From: a bacterium
GTDB lineage: Bacteria > Zhuqueibacterota > Zhuqueibacteria > Zhuqueibacterales > Zhuqueibacteraceae
DNA length: 32,578 nucleotides
NCBI GenBank assembly: GCA_044869275.1
Contig: JBIOXB010000029.1
Coordinates: 1 to 32,578, forward strand
Direction of reading: 5' to 3'
In this document: piece after piece, positions 17,471 to 26,380 of the stretch
Layout of the letters: each line of letters starts with the position of its first letter
Position numbering within the stretch: position 1 is the stretch's first letter
Notes under the pieces: model-generated
The model's input: only the letters and a program-made list of their open reading frames with translations
Database searches by the model: none
What the model was told of the DNA's origin: nothing
Program-made: the position numbers and the translations under genes

Positions 17471-17971
17471 ATGACCGCCTTCGATGTTATGTTCTACGTG
17501 ATCGCAGCGCTGACGCTGTTTTCGGCGTCGATTATGGTCTTTGGGCGCAACATTATTTACAACGCGGTGGGGTTGCTGCTCGCGCTCGTGGGCGTGGCCG
17601 GTATCTACGTCATGCTGGGCGCTGATTTTCTCGCCGCGACCCAAATGCTGATTTACGTCGGCGGCATTCTGGTGTTGCTGCTGTTCGGCGTGATGCTTTC
17701 GCAACGCTTCACGGGCACGGAAATGCGCACCGGCACCTTGCGCCTGTGGCCGGCAATTTTGGTGTGCGCCGGCGTGGCGGCCATATTAATTGGCGTGATT
17801 TCCAGCAACCCTTGGAAGGTATTTACCGCCGCCGAAATGGCGCCCACGGTGCAGGCTCTCGGCAATTTGCTGATGACGGATTATCTCATTCCTTTCGAGA
17901 TCGTTTCGGTCTTGTTGCTCGCCGCTTTGGTCGGCGCCGCCTACATTTCGAGAAGGAGGGAAGTGCAATGA
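17471..17971 (+). CDS. nuoJ: NADH-quinone oxidoreductase subunit J
   Basis: GADFLAATQMLIYVGGILVLLLFGVML and YLIPFEIVSVLLLAALVGA. Confidence 0.95.
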   Translation: MTAFDVMFYVIAALTLFSASIMVFGRNIIYNAVGLLLALVGVAGIYVMLGADFLAATQMLIYVGGILVLLLFGVMLSQRFTGTEMRTGTLRLWPAILVCAGVAAILIGVISSNPWKVFTAAEMAPTVQALGNLLMTDYLIPFEIVSVLLLAALVGAAYISRRREVQ

Positions 17972-18279
17972 GCCCGGTGGGTTTGCCTCATTTCCTGATA
18001 CTCGCCGCGATTCTATTCTCGCTCGGTCTGATTGCCGTGATCACTAAACGCAACGCCGTCATCGTGCTCATGGGCGTGGAATTGATCATCAACGCGGCCA
18101 ATATCAATTTTATTGCCTTTGCGCGCTACCTGGATAAGGATTTGGACGGGCAGGTCTTCGGCATCTTCACCATCATTATTGCGGCAGCAGGCGCGGCGGT
18201 CGCCCTCGCGATCGTGTTGAATATTTATCAGCGCATGCTCTCGGTGGATCTCAACGAAGCGGATTCCCTGGCGCGGTAG
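17968..18279 (+). CDS. nuoK: NADH-quinone oxidoreductase subunit K
   Basis: ATGA overlap with nuoJ; LFSLGL.....RNA...LMGVELIINAANINF, GQVF, three TM helices. Confidence 0.93.
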   Translation: MSPVGLPHFLILAAILFSLGLIAVITKRNAVIVLMGVELIINAANINFIAFARYLDKDLDGQVFGIFTIIIAAAGAAVALAIVLNIYQRMLSVDLNEADSLAR

Positions 18280-18293
18280 AAAACTGTATGAAC

Positions 18294-18470
18294 GGATTGG
18301 GGGGATCGATGGATCGATGGATAGATGGATCGGTGGATTGATGGATTGATGGATTGGTGGATTGGTGGATTGATGGATTGGTGAAGGATGAAGACTATGA
18401 ATTCCCATTACTCCAACAATCCAACAATCCAATAATCCAATAATCCAGCGATCCAGCGATCCGGCCATCC
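18294..18470. repeat. Head-to-head 8-bp tandem repeat palindrome
   Basis: 11 GGATNGRT-like units (18294-18381), a spacer, then about 7 NNNNATCC units (to 18470). Confidence 0.9.
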
Positions 18471-18514
18471 GGTTCTCGGACTTTCCCTGTGGCTAATTAT
18501 TTACCGGCTAACTG

Positions 18515-20560
18515 ATGGACACAATCATTCAATACGCGCTTATCATTCTCTTACTGCCGTTGGCCGCGTATGTCATTCAAATCTTCATCGGGCGGCGCTT
18601 GCCACGGCAGGGCGATTGGCTGCCGACCGGCGCCATTTTTCTCAGCTTGATCTTCTCCGTGCTCGTTTTAGGTGATGTGTTCAAGCAATATGATCCCAAT
18701 TTCAAAATCACGCACTCTTTCCAATGGGTGAATCTCGGCACGTACCGCATCGGCTTCGGCATTTTGGTGGATAATCTCACGGCCGTCATGATGTTCGTCG
18801 TCACGCTGGTGAGTGCTCTGGTGCATCTGTATTCGATCGGCTACGTGCACGGCGACGTGCGCTACAGCCGCTACTTCGCCAATCTCGCCTTGTTCTCTTT
18901 TTCCATGCTCGGCTTGGTGCTGGTGGACAGCTTTTTCGGTATTTACGTTTTTTGGGAACTGGTGGGCGTGTGCTCATACTTCTTGATCGGCCACTGGTTT
19001 GAGAAGGATTCCGCCGCCGATGCAGGCAAAAAAGCCTTCATTGTCAACCGCGTCGGCGATATCGGCATGTTTATCGGCATCATGATTATTTTTGCCACGC
19101 TCGGCACGATGAATTTTGCCGAAGTGTTTCAAGGCATTGCCGACGGCAAGTTTACCGGCGGTTGGTTGACGGCCGCAGGCATTTTGATATTCTGCGGCGC
19201 GATCGGCAAATCCGCGCAGTTTCCGCTGCATGTTTGGCTCCCCGACGCCATGGAAGGCCCGACGCCCGTCTCCGCTCTCATTCACGCCGCGACGATGGTT
19301 GCCGCGGGCGTGTATCTCGTCGGCAGAACTTACGTTTTGTTCACGGCGGACGCTCTGCTCGTTATCGCCGTCATCGGCACCATCACCGCCTTCATGGCCG
19401 CAACCATCGCTTTGACCCAGATGGATATCAAAAAAGTGCTGGCGTACTCGACCGTCAGCCAGTTGGGCTACATGATCGCGGCGCTCGGCGTCGGCGGTTA
19501 TTCCGCCGGCCTCTTTCATTTGCTGACGCACGCCTTCTTCAAGGCCTGCCTTTTTCTCGGTTCCGGCTCGGTGATTCATGCCATGCATCATGCCTTGCAT
19601 CATCTGCACGACCATCACACCGACGCGCAAGACATGCGAAACATGGGCGGCCTGCGCCGCAAAATGCCGGTCACGTTTGCGACCATGACCCTGGCCACGT
19701 GCGCGATCTCGGGAGTGCCGTTTTTTTCCGGCTTCTTCAGCAAAGACGCGATTCTGGCGGCGGCGCTGGAACGGGCAATGACCAGCCCTCACCCCGTGCA
19801 CCTAATCGTCTTCCTGGCGCTCGCCGTTTCCGCCGGCCTCACGGCCTTTTATATGTTTCGCATGCTGTATCTGACCTTTGCCGGCCAGCCCGCCCGCAAG
19901 GAAGTATTTGATCATGCGCACGAATCACCAGCGGTCATGACCATTCCGCTCATCGTACTCGGTTTTCTTTCGGTCGTGGGTGGCTACGGCAAGTGGTTCG
20001 AGCATTTGGTGCAAAAACCCGTGCTGCCGAACGGCAGTATGGCCGGCCTGGAAGCGCTCGAGCATGTCACGGAAGCAACCGCCCATTCAGCGCATTTGAT
20101 GGCGATGATTCTTTCCATCGGCATCGCCAGTTTGGGCATTCTGCTTTCGACCTCGGTCTATTTGTGGAAAAGAATTTCCGCCGATGCGGTGGCCGACCGC
20201 TTCCCCAAGCTCTACCAATTTCTTTTGAACAAATGGTATTTTGACGAAATGTATGCCGCGACCATCGTCGCGGGCACATTGGCGTTCAGCCGTGTCGCCG
20301 CCTGGATTGACAGCGTGATCATCGACGGCGTGGTCAATGGCGTCGCTCGCATGACGGTGTTAGGCTCGTGGGCGGCGGGCTGGAACGACAACAAGATCGT
20401 GGATGGTGCGGTGAACGGGGTGGCCAATGCCATTGATTGGTTCGGCCGCAACCTGCGCGAAGTGCAAACCGGCAAAGTGCAATCATACATTTTACTGGCG
20501 CTCGGCGCAGTGGTGCTGTTGTGGGTGTTGCAAATGATGCTTGTCGCAAAACTTATCTGA
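18515..20560 (+). CDS. nuoL: NADH-quinone oxidoreductase subunit L
   Basis: FWELVGVCSYFLIG, KAFIVNRVGD, GKSAQFPLHVWLPDAMEGPTPVSALIHAATMV, HAFFKA, C-terminal lateral helix and QTG.VQ.Y. Confidence 0.97.
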   Translation: MDTIIQYALIILLLPLAAYVIQIFIGRRLPRQGDWLPTGAIFLSLIFSVLVLGDVFKQYDPNFKITHSFQWVNLGTYRIGFGILVDNLTAVMMFVVTLVSALVHLYSIGYVHGDVRYSRYFANLALFSFSMLGLVLVDSFFGIYVFWELVGVCSYFLIGHWFEKDSAADAGKKAFIVNRVGDIGMFIGIMIIFATLGTMNFAEVFQGIADGKFTGGWLTAAGILIFCGAIGKSAQFPLHVWLPDAMEGPTPVSALIHAATMVAAGVYLVGRTYVLFTADALLVIAVIGTITAFMAATIALTQMDIKKVLAYSTVSQLGYMIAALGVGGYSAGLFHLLTHAFFKACLFLGSGSVIHAMHHALHHLHDHHTDAQDMRNMGGLRRKMPVTFATMTLATCAISGVPFFSGFFSKDAILAAALERAMTSPHPVHLIVFLALAVSAGLTAFYMFRMLYLTFAGQPARKEVFDHAHESPAVMTIPLIVLGFLSVVGGYGKWFEHLVQKPVLPNGSMAGLEALEHVTEATAHSAHLMAMILSIGIASLGILLSTSVYLWKRISADAVADRFPKLYQFLLNKWYFDEMYAATIVAGTLAFSRVAAWIDSVIIDGVVNGVARMTVLGSWAAGWNDNKIVDGAVNGVANAIDWFGRNLREVQTGKVQSYILLALGAVVLLWVLQMMLVAKLI

Positions 20561-20568
20561 GGGCAACG

Positions 20569-22116
20569 ATGATTCCCAACGTTCTAAGCTGGCTGATTTT
20601 TTTGCCCATCATTGGCGCCGTGATCGTTCTGCTCCTTCCCAAGAACGAACGGCAGCAGAACCTGGTGCGCTGGACCGCGGCCGCTTTCACCGGCTTGCAA
20701 TTGCTTCTGGCCGTCCTGATTTTTTTCAATTTCGACCGCACCACGACCACGATGCAATACACCGAGCATTATACATGGATTCCTTCCTATAATATTTGGT
20801 ACGAGCTTGGCATCGATGGCTTGTCGGTGACCATGGTTTTGTTGACGGCCTTGCTCTCCTTTATATGTATTTTTGCTTCGTGGAACATCGAGAAAGCGGT
20901 GAAAGGCTATTTCGCGCTGTTCCTGCTGCTCGATGCCGGCATGATGGGCGTGTTCGCCTCCCTGGATTTCTTTCTCTTCTATATTTTTTGGGAAATCATG
21001 CTGCTGCCTATGTACTTTCTCATCGGGGTTTGGGGCGGCCCGCGGCGAGAATATGCGGCCATCAAGTTTTTTCTCTACACTTTGTTCGGCTCGGTGCTGA
21101 TGTTGATTGCGATGCTGGTGCTTTACTTCAATGTGAAAGATCCTGCGACTGGCGGCCATACGTTCAACATGCTGCACATGATGGATCAGGCCAATCATTT
21201 CGGCTTGATGTCCAACTTTACGGTTCGACTCTTGCTGTTTGCGGCGCTCTTCGTCGGTTTCGCGATTAAAGTGCCGGCGTTCCCCTTTCACACCTGGCTG
21301 CCCGACGCTCACGTCGAGGCCCCGACCGCCATCAGCGTGATTCTGGCCGGGGTGCTGTTGAAGATGGGAACCTACGGCATGCTGCGCATCAGCTTCCCCA
21401 TGCTGCCGGATGCCGTGAAATACCCGCCTTTTGCCTATGGCTTCGCCACGATCGCCGTGATCAGTATTGTCTACGCGGCGCTGTGCGCCATGGCGCAAAA
21501 GGATTTGAAGAAGCTCGTGGCGTATTCCTCCATCGGGCACATGGGCCTGGTGATGCTCGGCATGATTGGGCTCACGCCTCTCGGCATGAACGGCGCCGTG
21601 CTGCAAATGTTCAACCACGGCACGATCACGGCAATGTTGTTCCTCTTGGTGGGCGTGATTTATGATCGTGCGCATCATCGCGACATCGACGGCTTCGGTG
21701 GGTTGGCGCAGAGCATGCCGATTTACACCGGCATCGTCACCGTCGCCTTCTTCGCGAATCTCGGCTTGCCCGGTCTTTCGAGTTTCATCAGTGAAGCGTT
21801 CAGTTTCCTTGGCGCCTTCAGCTCGAATGCCTTTGATTTGCGCGTGTTTACGATCATCGGCACGCTGGGCATCGTGCTGGTGGCGGCCTACATGTTGTGG
21901 ACGCTCCAGCGCATGTTTCTGGGCAAGCTCAATCCCAAGTATGCCGATCTGCCCGATATCGATCGACGCGAGTTGTTCACCCTGGTGCCGCTCGCCGCGA
22001 TCGTGATTTATCTCGGCATTTACCCCACGGCGATTTTGAACATGATGGAAGTTTCCTTGAACAATTTGGTCACCGTGGTCAAGGACGCGGCGCCGGCGAT
22101 GTGGGGAATGCAGTAA
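20569..22116 (+). CDS. nuoM: NADH-quinone oxidoreductase subunit M
   Basis: GIDGLS, FYIFWEIMLLPMYFLIGVWG, AIKVP.FPFHTWLPDAHVEAPT, LLKMGTYG, GLPGLSSF.SE. Confidence 0.97.
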   Translation: MIPNVLSWLIFLPIIGAVIVLLLPKNERQQNLVRWTAAAFTGLQLLLAVLIFFNFDRTTTTMQYTEHYTWIPSYNIWYELGIDGLSVTMVLLTALLSFICIFASWNIEKAVKGYFALFLLLDAGMMGVFASLDFFLFYIFWEIMLLPMYFLIGVWGGPRREYAAIKFFLYTLFGSVLMLIAMLVLYFNVKDPATGGHTFNMLHMMDQANHFGLMSNFTVRLLLFAALFVGFAIKVPAFPFHTWLPDAHVEAPTAISVILAGVLLKMGTYGMLRISFPMLPDAVKYPPFAYGFATIAVISIVYAALCAMAQKDLKKLVAYSSIGHMGLVMLGMIGLTPLGMNGAVLQMFNHGTITAMLFLLVGVIYDRAHHRDIDGFGGLAQSMPIYTGIVTVAFFANLGLPGLSSFISEAFSFLGAFSSNAFDLRVFTIIGTLGIVLVAAYMLWTLQRMFLGKLNPKYADLPDIDRRELFTLVPLAAIVIYLGIYPTAILNMMEVSLNNLVTVVKDAAPAMWGMQ

Positions 22117-22190
22117 GCCCTCATTCGTGATCCGTAAGCAGAATGCACCGGTCATAGGTCATGCTGAAAGTATCAGCCTGTGTGGCAACT

Positions 22191-22240
22191 CTCGTTCCAC
22201 CGCTCCGCGGTGGAACGCATGCGAAGACGCTCTGCGTCCG
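22191..22240. repeat. REP-like palindrome (CGTTCC...GGAACG type)
   Basis: cgttccaccgctccgcggtggaacg hairpin followed by a gacgctctgcgtc hairpin. Confidence 0.65.
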
Positions 22241-22331
22241 AAAAAGTTAGGCTAATAAGTACTGCCAAAACTAAATGGATGCGACAAGAGCGCGTTTTTG
22301 AATTCGAAAGTTTTTGTAGGAGCCGGGGGAA

Positions 22332-22985
22332 ATGGAATACGCTGTCGTAAAAAAACGAGCCGTTACAAAGCCGCAGCGAGCCGCCAAAGATGAAGTCATC
22401 ACCTTCGAGAAGTTTCTGGAGATCGCTCCTGAAAGCAAGAAAGCAGATCTTCTCGACGGCAAAATAATTCGGGATTCATCTCCTGTTCCCAAACATGGCC
22501 GTATCGTGTCCTGGCTCGTTCAGGTATTGGGTCTCTATGTGGAGAAAAAGAATCTTGGCGAGGTTTTCACCTCTCCGATTACCGTGCGTTTATCGACGTA
22601 TCAGGGACCTGAGCCGGATGTTTTCTTTATAAGCAAAGAGCGCGCAGCGGTCGTCGTTGAAACCCATGTCGATGGACCGCCGGATTTGTGCATTGAAGTC
22701 ATCTCCAAAAGCAGTCGCAAATATGATCGCGGCCGCAAATTCGTGCTGTATGCCGATCACGGCGTGAAAGAATATTGGATTGTGGATCCACTGGCCGATA
22801 CGATTGAATTGTTCGAGAATCGCGCGGGTGCATGGCAAATGCTCACAGCCGATGAACTGGGCCGGATTCGCTCCAAAGTCTTAAACGGTTTCTGGATCAA
22901 ACCGGAATGGCTGGGACGGAAAACGTTGCCGCCGGTTCTGCAAGCACTGCAAGAGATATTTGGCGACGAGAAGCGCTTGATTTGA
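22332..22985 (+). CDS. Uma2/DUF820 family putative endonuclease
   Basis: SP...HG.I, PEPDVFF, GPPDLCIEVISKSSRKYDR..KF.LYA..GVKEYWIVDP. Confidence 0.93.
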   Translation: MEYAVVKKRAVTKPQRAAKDEVITFEKFLEIAPESKKADLLDGKIIRDSSPVPKHGRIVSWLVQVLGLYVEKKNLGEVFTSPITVRLSTYQGPEPDVFFISKERAAVVVETHVDGPPDLCIEVISKSSRKYDRGRKFVLYADHGVKEYWIVDPLADTIELFENRAGAWQMLTADELGRIRSKVLNGFWIKPEWLGRKTLPPVLQALQEIFGDEKRLI

Positions 22986-22998
22986 AAGGTGCCTTTTT

Positions 22999-24504
22999 AT
23001 GGATTTTTCCGAACGCCTGCAAGACAATGTCGCCAGCATGAGCCATTTTCTACCAGAGCTGGTGTTGGCCGGGCTGATGTTGGCGTTGATGGTCATGGAC
23101 ATGTTCCTGAAGCGCGAGCAAACGCCCTGGTTGGGCCTGGTCACTCTGGCGGGCAGTATCGTGACGCTGATCGCGCTGATGACACAATTCAACGAGCCGG
23201 CGCGCGGCATTTTCAACAACATGATGGCGGTCGATCCCTTCGCGTTTTTCTTCAAATTGATTTTCCTCGCCAGCATGATTTTCGTCGTATTTATGTCTTT
23301 TTCCTCTCTGGAGCTGGCCGGTAGAAATGTCGGCGAATACTTCATCTTGCTCACCGCCACCACGCTCGGCATGTTCTGGATGGCCTCGGCCACCAGCTTG
23401 CTTACCATCTTCATCGCCATTGAAACGGTGAGCATCACGTCTTTTGCGCTGGCGACTTATCTCAAATCCGTGAAGCGCTCCAGCGAAGCCGGATTGAAAT
23501 ACACCATCTACGGCGCGTTCTCTTCGGGACTGATGTTGTACGGCTTTTCTTTGCTTTACGGTCTGACCGGCACTCTCAATATCCATCAAATCGCGCAGCA
23601 GCTTGCCGGGGGCTCGCCCAATCCACTCACCCTGTTCGTCGCCTTCTTGTTGATTCTCGCTGGTTTCGGGTACAAAATCGCCTCCGTGCCTTTTCATTTT
23701 TGGGCGCCGGATGTTTATGAAGGCGCGCCGACGCCGATTACGGCTTTCTTCAGCGTCGGCCCGAAAGCGGCTGGCTTCGCCTTGCTCATTCGCTTTGTCA
23801 CGACCGGTTTGTCGGTAAGCGACGGCCAGGATTGGGCTGCCATTGCGGGGGTAAATTGGCAGCAATTGCTCGCCGTCGTGGCCGCGGCCACCATGACGCT
23901 GGGCAATCTCGTCGCGATTTCTCAGAACAACATTAAACGGCTGCTGGCATATTCCAGCATTGCACATGCGGGCTATGCCTTGATCGGCGTCGTGCTGCTC
24001 ACGCACGAGGGCCTGAACGCCACGATGTTCTATCTCGTCGCCTATTATTTGATGAACCTGGGTGCTTTTCTCGTCGTCATCATTGTGCAGGAATTGATCG
24101 GCAGCGAGCGCTTGGAAGACTATAAGGGCCTCGGTTTTCGCGCACCGGTGGTGGCGGCATGCATGACGCTCTTTCTGTTTTCGCTCACCGGCCTGCCGGT
24201 GACCGTCGGATTCGTCGGTAAATTCTATTTGCTGGCCGCCGTCATTCGCGGCAGCGAGCAGTTTTACTGGCTCGCCCTGGTTGCGGTGATCAACACCGTT
24301 ATTTCATTGTACTATTATGCCCGCATTTTCAAGGCCATGTATCTTGAAACGCCTGAGCCCTCTGCGCTTTCAGTTTTGCCCGTTTCCACCTCGGCAGTTG
24401 TTTTGCTGGCGGCCTTGGCGGTGCCGACTTTTGTTTTGGGCATCGCTTTCTCACCGCTTTTGCGTCTTGCCCGCGAGTCCGTGAAGTTCTTCGCCGGGCT
24501 CTAG
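22999..24504 (+). CDS. nuoN: NADH-quinone oxidoreductase subunit N
   Basis: GEYF, SSEAGLKY, KIASVPFHFWAPDVYEGAPTP, NIKRLLAYSSIAHAGY, GF.GKFY, ISLYYY. Confidence 0.97.
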   Translation: MDFSERLQDNVASMSHFLPELVLAGLMLALMVMDMFLKREQTPWLGLVTLAGSIVTLIALMTQFNEPARGIFNNMMAVDPFAFFFKLIFLASMIFVVFMSFSSLELAGRNVGEYFILLTATTLGMFWMASATSLLTIFIAIETVSITSFALATYLKSVKRSSEAGLKYTIYGAFSSGLMLYGFSLLYGLTGTLNIHQIAQQLAGGSPNPLTLFVAFLLILAGFGYKIASVPFHFWAPDVYEGAPTPITAFFSVGPKAAGFALLIRFVTTGLSVSDGQDWAAIAGVNWQQLLAVVAAATMTLGNLVAISQNNIKRLLAYSSIAHAGYALIGVVLLTHEGLNATMFYLVAYYLMNLGAFLVVIIVQELIGSERLEDYKGLGFRAPVVAACMTLFLFSLTGLPVTVGFVGKFYLLAAVIRGSEQFYWLALVAVINTVISLYYYARIFKAMYLETPEPSALSVLPVSTSAVVLLAALAVPTFVLGIAFSPLLRLARESVKFFAGL

Positions 24505-24770
24505 TGTTCTATCCAGCACTCCCTCACCAGCACACAGATTTTAGCGAATTTTAACTTGCTTGCGATTGCAGGCTTTCGTATGTTGCCGCCACTTTACCCT
24601 GGTGCAATTTATGATGCCATTCGGCAAGAATTTTTGAAGGAGGAATTTGCCGTCGCAGCTTCGTGATTTTCGTAAAGGTATGAAACCTGGGGAAGCTCTA
24701 AAGGAAGCATTGCCAACTTATTTGACGCCGTGCCGCCGATCACGACAACTCGTTTCTTGCGAGGGGATTC

Positions 24771-26303
24771 ATGTGGAACAATGCGGTTCAAATCTTCTTG
24801 CGTCTTTGGCTCGCCCTTGCCGGCCGTGTGCGTCGCCGCCCGCGACTGAGCGGCATTACCTGCAGTGTGATCGCTTTATTCACGTTGGCGGTTGTTGTGC
24901 AAACGGATTTTTTGCGCCCGCTGACAACACGATCGCCCATCTCACTCACTGAAACCACAGACCATTTGCCGCCAGCGCCCGGGCCCTGGCCCTTGCGTTC
25001 GCTGCTTTCCTTCTTTTCTGCGCCCCACAAAACCGAAGATCAGAGCTCGCTCGCTGTGCTGACCCACGCCGGTTTGCTGCCCAACCTGGCGTCGCGGCGC
25101 GAGCGCACGGTCATCGTGCCCGAAGCTTATCCCGCACTCGCGGATTGGGAACGACAATTCACCGAATTTGCTCAAAACTTTCCGCACCTCGTGACGCTGC
25201 ACCACATCGGCACCAGCACCGCACGCCAACATCCGATCCTCGCGCTCCGGGTTTCAGATCACCCCGAACGCAACGAGGATGAACCCACGGTCTTGTTCAC
25301 GGCCTTGCATCACGCGCGTGAACCGGCCGGCGTGTTCATCTGCAAAGCGATCGTGCAAGAACTGTTGCTGAATTATGATACCAGCGCACGCCACCGGCGC
25401 TTGGTGGATAGCCTGGACATTTGGCTCGTGCCGCTGGTCAATCCGGACGGCTACGAATATCTCATGGCCAGCCAGCGGCAATTCCCGTGGTGGCGAAAAA
25501 ACTTGCGCGACAATGACAACGACGGCCAGTTCGATCCGCACGTCGATGGCGTTGACTTAAATCGAAATTATGATTACAATTGGGAAGAAGGCGGAGAGGG
25601 GGAAATTGGAAGCTGGTTTTATCGCGGCCAATCCGCTTTTTCAGAAGCGGAGATTCAGGCTTTGCGTGACCTCGAAGCGCAACGCCATTTTGTCATCGGC
25701 GTTTCGTATCACAGCTATGGCGAAGCCGTGCTGTACCCCTGGGGCAATTTTCATCGCGCGCCGGATCAGGATTTGATTTTGGATATCGCGCGCCAGTATG
25801 CGTCACGAATTGTCCGCCTTTCCGGCCAGGGCGCTTATCATGTTCTGCCGCTCAATGGCCGCGTGGGGCAAAGCTCGGTGTGGATGTACGGCGCCGGGGG
25901 CGTCATCGATTTTATCTGTGAGACCGGCGAAGAGTATTTTCCGCCGGTGGAGGATTTGTTTCCGATCGCCCATGAGAACGTCAACGGCGCGATGTTTTTG
26001 CTGGAGCGTGTGTTGCGCTCCGGCCTCAGCGGCCACGTGGTGGACGCGGAAAGCGGCGCGCCATTGGAAGCAGAAATCATCGTTCATGGCTTCGAGCGTG
26101 ACTACGTGAAGCCGCGACGCTCGCTCCCCGAGAACGGGCGTTTTGATCGCTTGATTCTGCCGGGCGTCTATGAGGTGGAGATACAAAAGAAAGGCTATGT
26201 GGCTGCGCGCTTCGAGAAGGTCGTCGTGCGGGCCGAGGCTTTGACGTTGCTGGAAGTGGCGCTGCGGCGCGAGCTGCCTGAAAATGTCATGAGCAATGAA
26301 TGA
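24771..26303 (+). CDS. M14 zinc carboxypeptidase with C-terminal carboxypeptidase regulatory-like domain
   Basis: HHARE (zinc ligands), P.VNPDGY, WRKN, GVDLNRNY, SYHSYG, catalytic E in ICETG, and C-terminal G.V.DA.SG.PL.A...PG.YEV. Confidence 0.92.
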   Translation: MWNNAVQIFLRLWLALAGRVRRRPRLSGITCSVIALFTLAVVVQTDFLRPLTTRSPISLTETTDHLPPAPGPWPLRSLLSFFSAPHKTEDQSSLAVLTHAGLLPNLASRRERTVIVPEAYPALADWERQFTEFAQNFPHLVTLHHIGTSTARQHPILALRVSDHPERNEDEPTVLFTALHHAREPAGVFICKAIVQELLLNYDTSARHRRLVDSLDIWLVPLVNPDGYEYLMASQRQFPWWRKNLRDNDNDGQFDPHVDGVDLNRNYDYNWEEGGEGEIGSWFYRGQSAFSEAEIQALRDLEAQRHFVIGVSYHSYGEAVLYPWGNFHRAPDQDLILDIARQYASRIVRLSGQGAYHVLPLNGRVGQSSVWMYGAGGVIDFICETGEEYFPPVEDLFPIAHENVNGAMFLLERVLRSGLSGHVVDAESGAPLEAEIIVHGFERDYVKPRRSLPENGRFDRLILPGVYEVEIQKKGYVAARFEKVVVRAEALTLLEVALRRELPENVMSNE

Positions 26304-26380
26304 AATTCAGCTACGTCCCGTTGTGAAGACATGGTCTGAAGGCTTGTTTCAAACTTGATTGTTTTAGGAGGAAGAGGAAT

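Noticed and set aside
18013..18468. 151-aa ORF with PIHQSTN repeats
   Set aside because: Translation of the octamer repeat, and antisense to nuoK.
20584..22155. 523-aa minus-strand ORF, and similar ORFs at 23050-24006, 15147-16298 and 13264-14196
   Set aside because: They lie antisense to well-supported genes and are expected from GC-rich codon bias.
24580..24666. 28-codon ORF MLPPLYPGAIYDAIRQEFLKEEFAVAAS upstream of the carboxypeptidase
   Set aside because: No RBS or recognisable homology; cannot be supported from sequence alone.
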